Below are positions 61,701 through 64,000 of a stretch of DNA of 64,000 nt, piece by piece. The DNA comes from Planctomycetota bacterium (lineage in GTDB: Bacteria > Planctomycetota > UBA1135 > UBA2386), in the NCBI GenBank assembly GCA_036376355.1, contig DASVAL010000017.1, positions 7,800 through 71,799 of the forward strand, written 5' to 3'. How positions within the stretch are numbered: position 1 is the first letter of the stretch; each line of letters opens with the position of its first letter. Made by a program: the position numbers and the translations under genes. The notes beneath the pieces are model-generated. The model saw only the letters and a list, made by a program, of their open reading frames with translations, did no database searches and had not been told where the DNA came from.

Positions 61701-64000
61701 GGCCGACGGCTCGCCGATGCGGCCGAGGTTCGCCGCCGCGAACGGCAGCAACCGCGACAGCGTCTGCTCGACGCACCCGTACGGATACGCCAGGAGACGC
61801 GTGGCCAGCTGGTGCCACGCCGCGGCACCACCGGCCATGACCACGAGCTGCTGCGGCGCACCGGCATCGCGCTCCGCGGGAGCCGTGACTTCGACCGTGC
61901 CCTTGCCCGCAGCGCTGCTGGCGAGTGGCCGCACGACGGTGTCCTCGAGCACCGGCAGCGGCCGTTCGGAACGATCGCGGAACGAGCCCACGGACGCCGC
62001 GAGCGAGAGCCGGCTCGCGCCGACCGCGTCGCCGTGCAGCGCGCACGACACCGTCGCCGCGGCTCCGGCGGCGACCGCGCGTTCGCCCGTGCCGTCGGCG
62101 TCCACGCGCACGCCGTCGCTGCCGCTCACGGCGAAGGCCACGTTCCCGACCACGCCGGCGTCGGTGCCGCGGTCGAGCACGAGCGGCATGCGGACGAGAT
62201 CACCGCGGCGCAGCACGCGCGGCAGCAGCGGTTCGGCGGCCAGCGGCAAGCGCGCATCGATCGTCGCGCGTGCGAGCCCACCTTCGCCGTCGGCGTCGAC
62301 CGCGGTCACCGTGCAGCGCCACGTGGTGACGTCGTCGGGCAGCTCGATCGGCAGGTCGGCGTTGCCCTGCGCGTCGGCCACCGCCGTCAGGAAGCACACC
62401 GTCGCGCGGAAGTCGGTGCGCGGCTCGCCCGCTCCAGTGCTCGGACCTGCAGGACCGCCACCGCCCGGGCTCGGACGAGGCTCGCGATGCCAGTCGCTGG
62501 CGCCGGGAACACGGCCGGCGATCAACAGCTCGCCGAAGATGCTGCGCGGGTCCAGCGGTTCGGCGCTGCTCGCGACTCGCCACTGTGGCCGGGCGACATC
62601 GGGCCGCAGCGCGACGTCGGGAGCATCGGTCGGGTCGTCGCGCAGCCGGAAGACGCGATCGTCGACGACGGCGATCGTGAGGATCGCGTTCGGTGCCGTG
62701 CTGACGCGGCAGCGCAGGCGTTCCTTCGGCCGCGCCGTCGCCGGCACGTCGATGCGCACCGGAACCGCCGCCCGCCGCCGCACCACCGTGTGTGCCGAAG
62801 CCAGCTCGCCGGTCGCGGTCCCTGCGACCGCGACGTCCAGGCGCGGCCAGTCTGCAGCGGTGACTTCGACCTGCCACTGCGTGGTCCCGTTCGTGTCGAG
62901 CCGCAGCGGTTCCGCGCGCGCCAGGGCGCCTCGGCCGACGACGCCGAGCAGTTCCGCATAGCGCGCGCCGCGTACCTGGACCGTCACGGTTTCGCCGACG
63001 ACTGCGGCCGCCGGCAGCTCGACCGCCAGCTCGGCGGCGGACTTCTCTTCGCCCTCGCTCGCCAGCGGCGGCGCGTCGACTTCGATCGTGTGCTGCAGCC
63101 GTTCGTCGAAGCCATCGGGACCTTCGACCGTGCACTCGCAGTGCACACGCCCGTTTGCCGCGCCGATGGCGATCGGGATGGCCAACCTGCCGCCGTCGCC
63201 GGTCGCCAACTGCCGGTTCTCGCGCGCGTAGCCGCTGCTGACTTCGACGCGCACCGGCACACCCGCGGCAGCACCTCCGGACGCCCACTGCACGCGCACG
63301 TGCACCGTCGCCGAGGGGTCGCTCGCGGCGACGCGCGCCGGTCCCTCGATCGACGCGACCATCGCGGGCCGCCGGAAGCTCGCGATCTCCGTCGCGTGCG
63401 CCGCTGCGACTTCGACGTCGCCGGGTGCCATGAGCTGCACTCCCACGCTGCCGGGCACGGCCGTCTTCGGGACCGGCACGGCGAACGCCACCATGCCGCG
63501 CTCGTCGCTCGCGACGTCGAGCCGCCATTCGTCGCCACCCGGCCACCTGCCACGCAGCTGCAACGCCCGGCCGGCCAGCGGCAGCGTCGCCGGCCGCGCC
63601 GCGAGACCAGCGCCGGTCCACGTCACCTGCCTCACGAACGCGCGGCCGTGCAACACTTCGCCGGCCCGATGCAGCGGGCGATCGAACTGCCAGTGCGCAA
63701 CGTGTGCCGCGCGCGGTGCATCGGAGACGGGCGGCACGGTGATCGCGACGCGCGCGCGCCGGTCGCCGTTGCGCGCTTGTGCGACCCAGCAGCCGCGAGC
63801 ATCGACGGCGAACGGCCACACGCCGCAGGCCTCGCCGGCAATCGACGCGCCGCGCTGCTCACCGTGCCACAACGTCCAGGTCAGCGGCAGATCGGAGTCG
63901 ACGTCGCCGTCCAGCGACCAGGCGAACACGCCGTCGTCGACGAGACACGTAGCCGCGAGCGCGCCGACGTCGAGCACGCGCCAGCTGCGCCACGGCGTCT
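58761..64000 (-). CDS. Alpha-2-macroglobulin family protein with a thioester motif and a long C-terminal helical extension; the 5' end lies outside the window
   Basis: AYPYGCVEQTLSRLLP is the CxEQ thioester site. MG-like beta-sandwich repeats lie upstream. A receptor-binding-like end follows (VCPLPAGFEVV...). Then come a Pro-rich linker and about 520 aa of helical sequence. The frame is open to position 64000. Confidence 0.8.
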   Translation of the reverse strand, partial: TPWRSWRVLDVGALAATCLVDDGVFAWSLDGDVDSDLPLTWTLWHGEQRGASIAGEACGVWPFAVDARGCWVAQARNGDRRARVAITVPPVSDAPRAAHVAHWQFDRPLHRAGEVLHGRAFVRQVTWTGAGLAARPATLPLAGRALQLRGRWPGGDEWRLDVASDERGMVAFAVPVPKTAVPGSVGVQLMAPGDVEVAAAHATEIASFRRPAMVASIEGPARVAASDPSATVHVRVQWASGGAAAGVPVRVEVSSGYARENRQLATGDGGRLAIPIAIGAANGRVHCECTVEGPDGFDERLQHTIEVDAPPLASEGEEKSAAELAVELPAAAVVGETVTVQVRGARYAELLGVVGRGALARAEPLRLDTNGTTQWQVEVTAADWPRLDVAVAGTATGELASAHTVVRRRAAVPVRIDVPATARPKERLRCRVSTAPNAILTIAVVDDRVFRLRDDPTDAPDVALRPDVARPQWRVASSAEPLDPRSIFGELLIAGRVPGASDWHREPRPSPGGGGPAGPSTGAGEPRTDFRATVCFLTAVADAQGNADLPIELPDDVTTWRCTVTAVDADGEGGLARATIDARLPLAAEPLLPRVLRRGDLVRMPLVLDRGTDAGVVGNVAFAVSGSDGVRVDADGTGERAVAAGAAATVSCALHGDAVGASRLSLAASVGSFRDRSERPLPVLEDTVVRPLASSAAGKGTVEVTAPAERDAGAPQQLVVMAGGAAAWHQLATRLLAYPYGCVEQTLSRLLPFAAANLGRIGEPSAAHRDRIGAGMARLRQLQVARGGAFAWWPQQSADLGMTGLVLHGLAVLRGGGVDPAAYGIVFDLDALRRQWQPAAAAAAEARASDRSEAVELLSGLLRLHPQHVELRATAASVADAATPLPRGCALRLGLALAAAGDLERARALLRSDVAVARRTWFPGEEAVVLEAQAIELRRAVGDPVAAADEVQLLRELLAGECRSYADGAALVALAPMLRRSSGTLAFDVSVDGAAPIRTKLAADGDARSAQFVEPITAGAARSCTVRCDDAEQLLFVTWVARTSRPGTCAAWAEPFTVERRLLRQREPDQWLPLQGDAAVGERLRVDVRLSSPAAARYVAVVCPLPAGFEVVGDDARLQRFDDRVVATFDRVHARAVVSVQFDVVATLPGDVLWPPATAIAMYDAAAHGGSDGCRLAIAPALPRAAATAAPFLQPARPLAPRPPPTAQAVPVTPPAEPPPTPAQLASDAWWDLAEVWRTGIELGFYGFDDEPDAEAKARVDAALARLFEIVAHDEAAVADVLEDQVLVTPGAQPGGALSPWRVLVCRRIDELRRTCLDRGVARCERALASNREVDTWIDVLGHAPPADREQPALRLLHAFWPRRPGCSEDVLARLAAPLRDPALTAFAATMLATADGDLLDELVRLLPEAQWHTQPMTVLVDAMTRSRGDTTARLLRAVERTPAGLQELRRRAEDPAWSRDLETHELGDEMLARLPFAKLAELASGDPERAARVLAAGELATRELWRLVLERDATLSLEVVVDALQRRGPVTLPAGVDADAITDPTVKAIAMALLAQAAPALLPKALAAAKALGDDHSDLVDQLVGEALARHGSAEQVAGSAVWLTQAQWQAVWARLDAAGQRTVLDKSPARPPWGAPANDDVLVAMLARADEWSDVDGAVATVLRSPGSEDRLRAILPRLPAAIAAQVRDELADWLGLDTATGNPLPDLVDTAIAFAGLRDWSSAWPAHLAAVRERLLRLRGLR

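Noticed and set aside
1-64000. A search for CRISPR arrays, IS elements, integrases, phage genes, toxin-antitoxin pairs or known defence-system enzymes.
   Set aside because: I saw no spaced direct-repeat arrays, no transposase or integrase-like translations, and no nuclease/helicase/ATPase combinations. The only tandem repeats are short in-frame coding repeats.

Overview
This is a bacterial chromosomal segment of roughly 70% G+C (judged by eye). It is densely packed with about 50 protein-coding genes on both strands. I recognised no rRNA, tRNA, CRISPR array, transposase, integrase or prophage gene. Because of the GC bias, nearly every real gene is shadowed by long Arg/Ala/Pro-rich antisense or off-frame ORFs, and I discarded those. 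The ORF track translates GTG and TTG starts as M, so I re-checked starts against the DNA.

The housekeeping backbone is: an isopropylmalate/tartrate-dehydrogenase-family enzyme, a purA-uppS-cdsA-phoH-ybeY string (partly joined by 4-nt start/stop overlaps), a FliA-type sigma factor, lysA, an IscU-like protein, glpK, lon, nth and yjbQ.

Between these lie many secreted or envelope proteins of the kind common in Planctomycetota- or Myxococcota-like genomes. They include CarboxypepD_reg arrays, Kelch, FG-GAP, HEAT/thioredoxin-like, TPR, a thioester alpha-2-macroglobulin and CPBP proteases. The phylum was not determined.

Modules worth a second look:
- a translationally coupled GlyGly-CTERM cargo/rhombosortase pair (1231..3614)
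- a secreted DnaJ-type zinc-finger protein followed by a 990-aa protease with three S1C modules, of which only the last has a canonical Ser (8155..12077)
- a GG-terminated MoaD/ThiS-like protein coupled to a cytoplasmic BNR propeller, with no canonical partner in the window (37236..38636)
- a TonB2/Ttp-like five-gene energy-transduction cluster (42052..46920)
- an A2M gene with a roughly 520-aa C-terminal extension, in a string with a frameshifted FG-GAP gene and a DinB gene (55897..64000)
- a 600-bp non-coding, structured, lower-GC3 island upstream of glpK (32630..33228)

I found no unambiguous evidence for a complete new system. The items above are hypotheses from reading the sequence and need database and neighbourhood checks.
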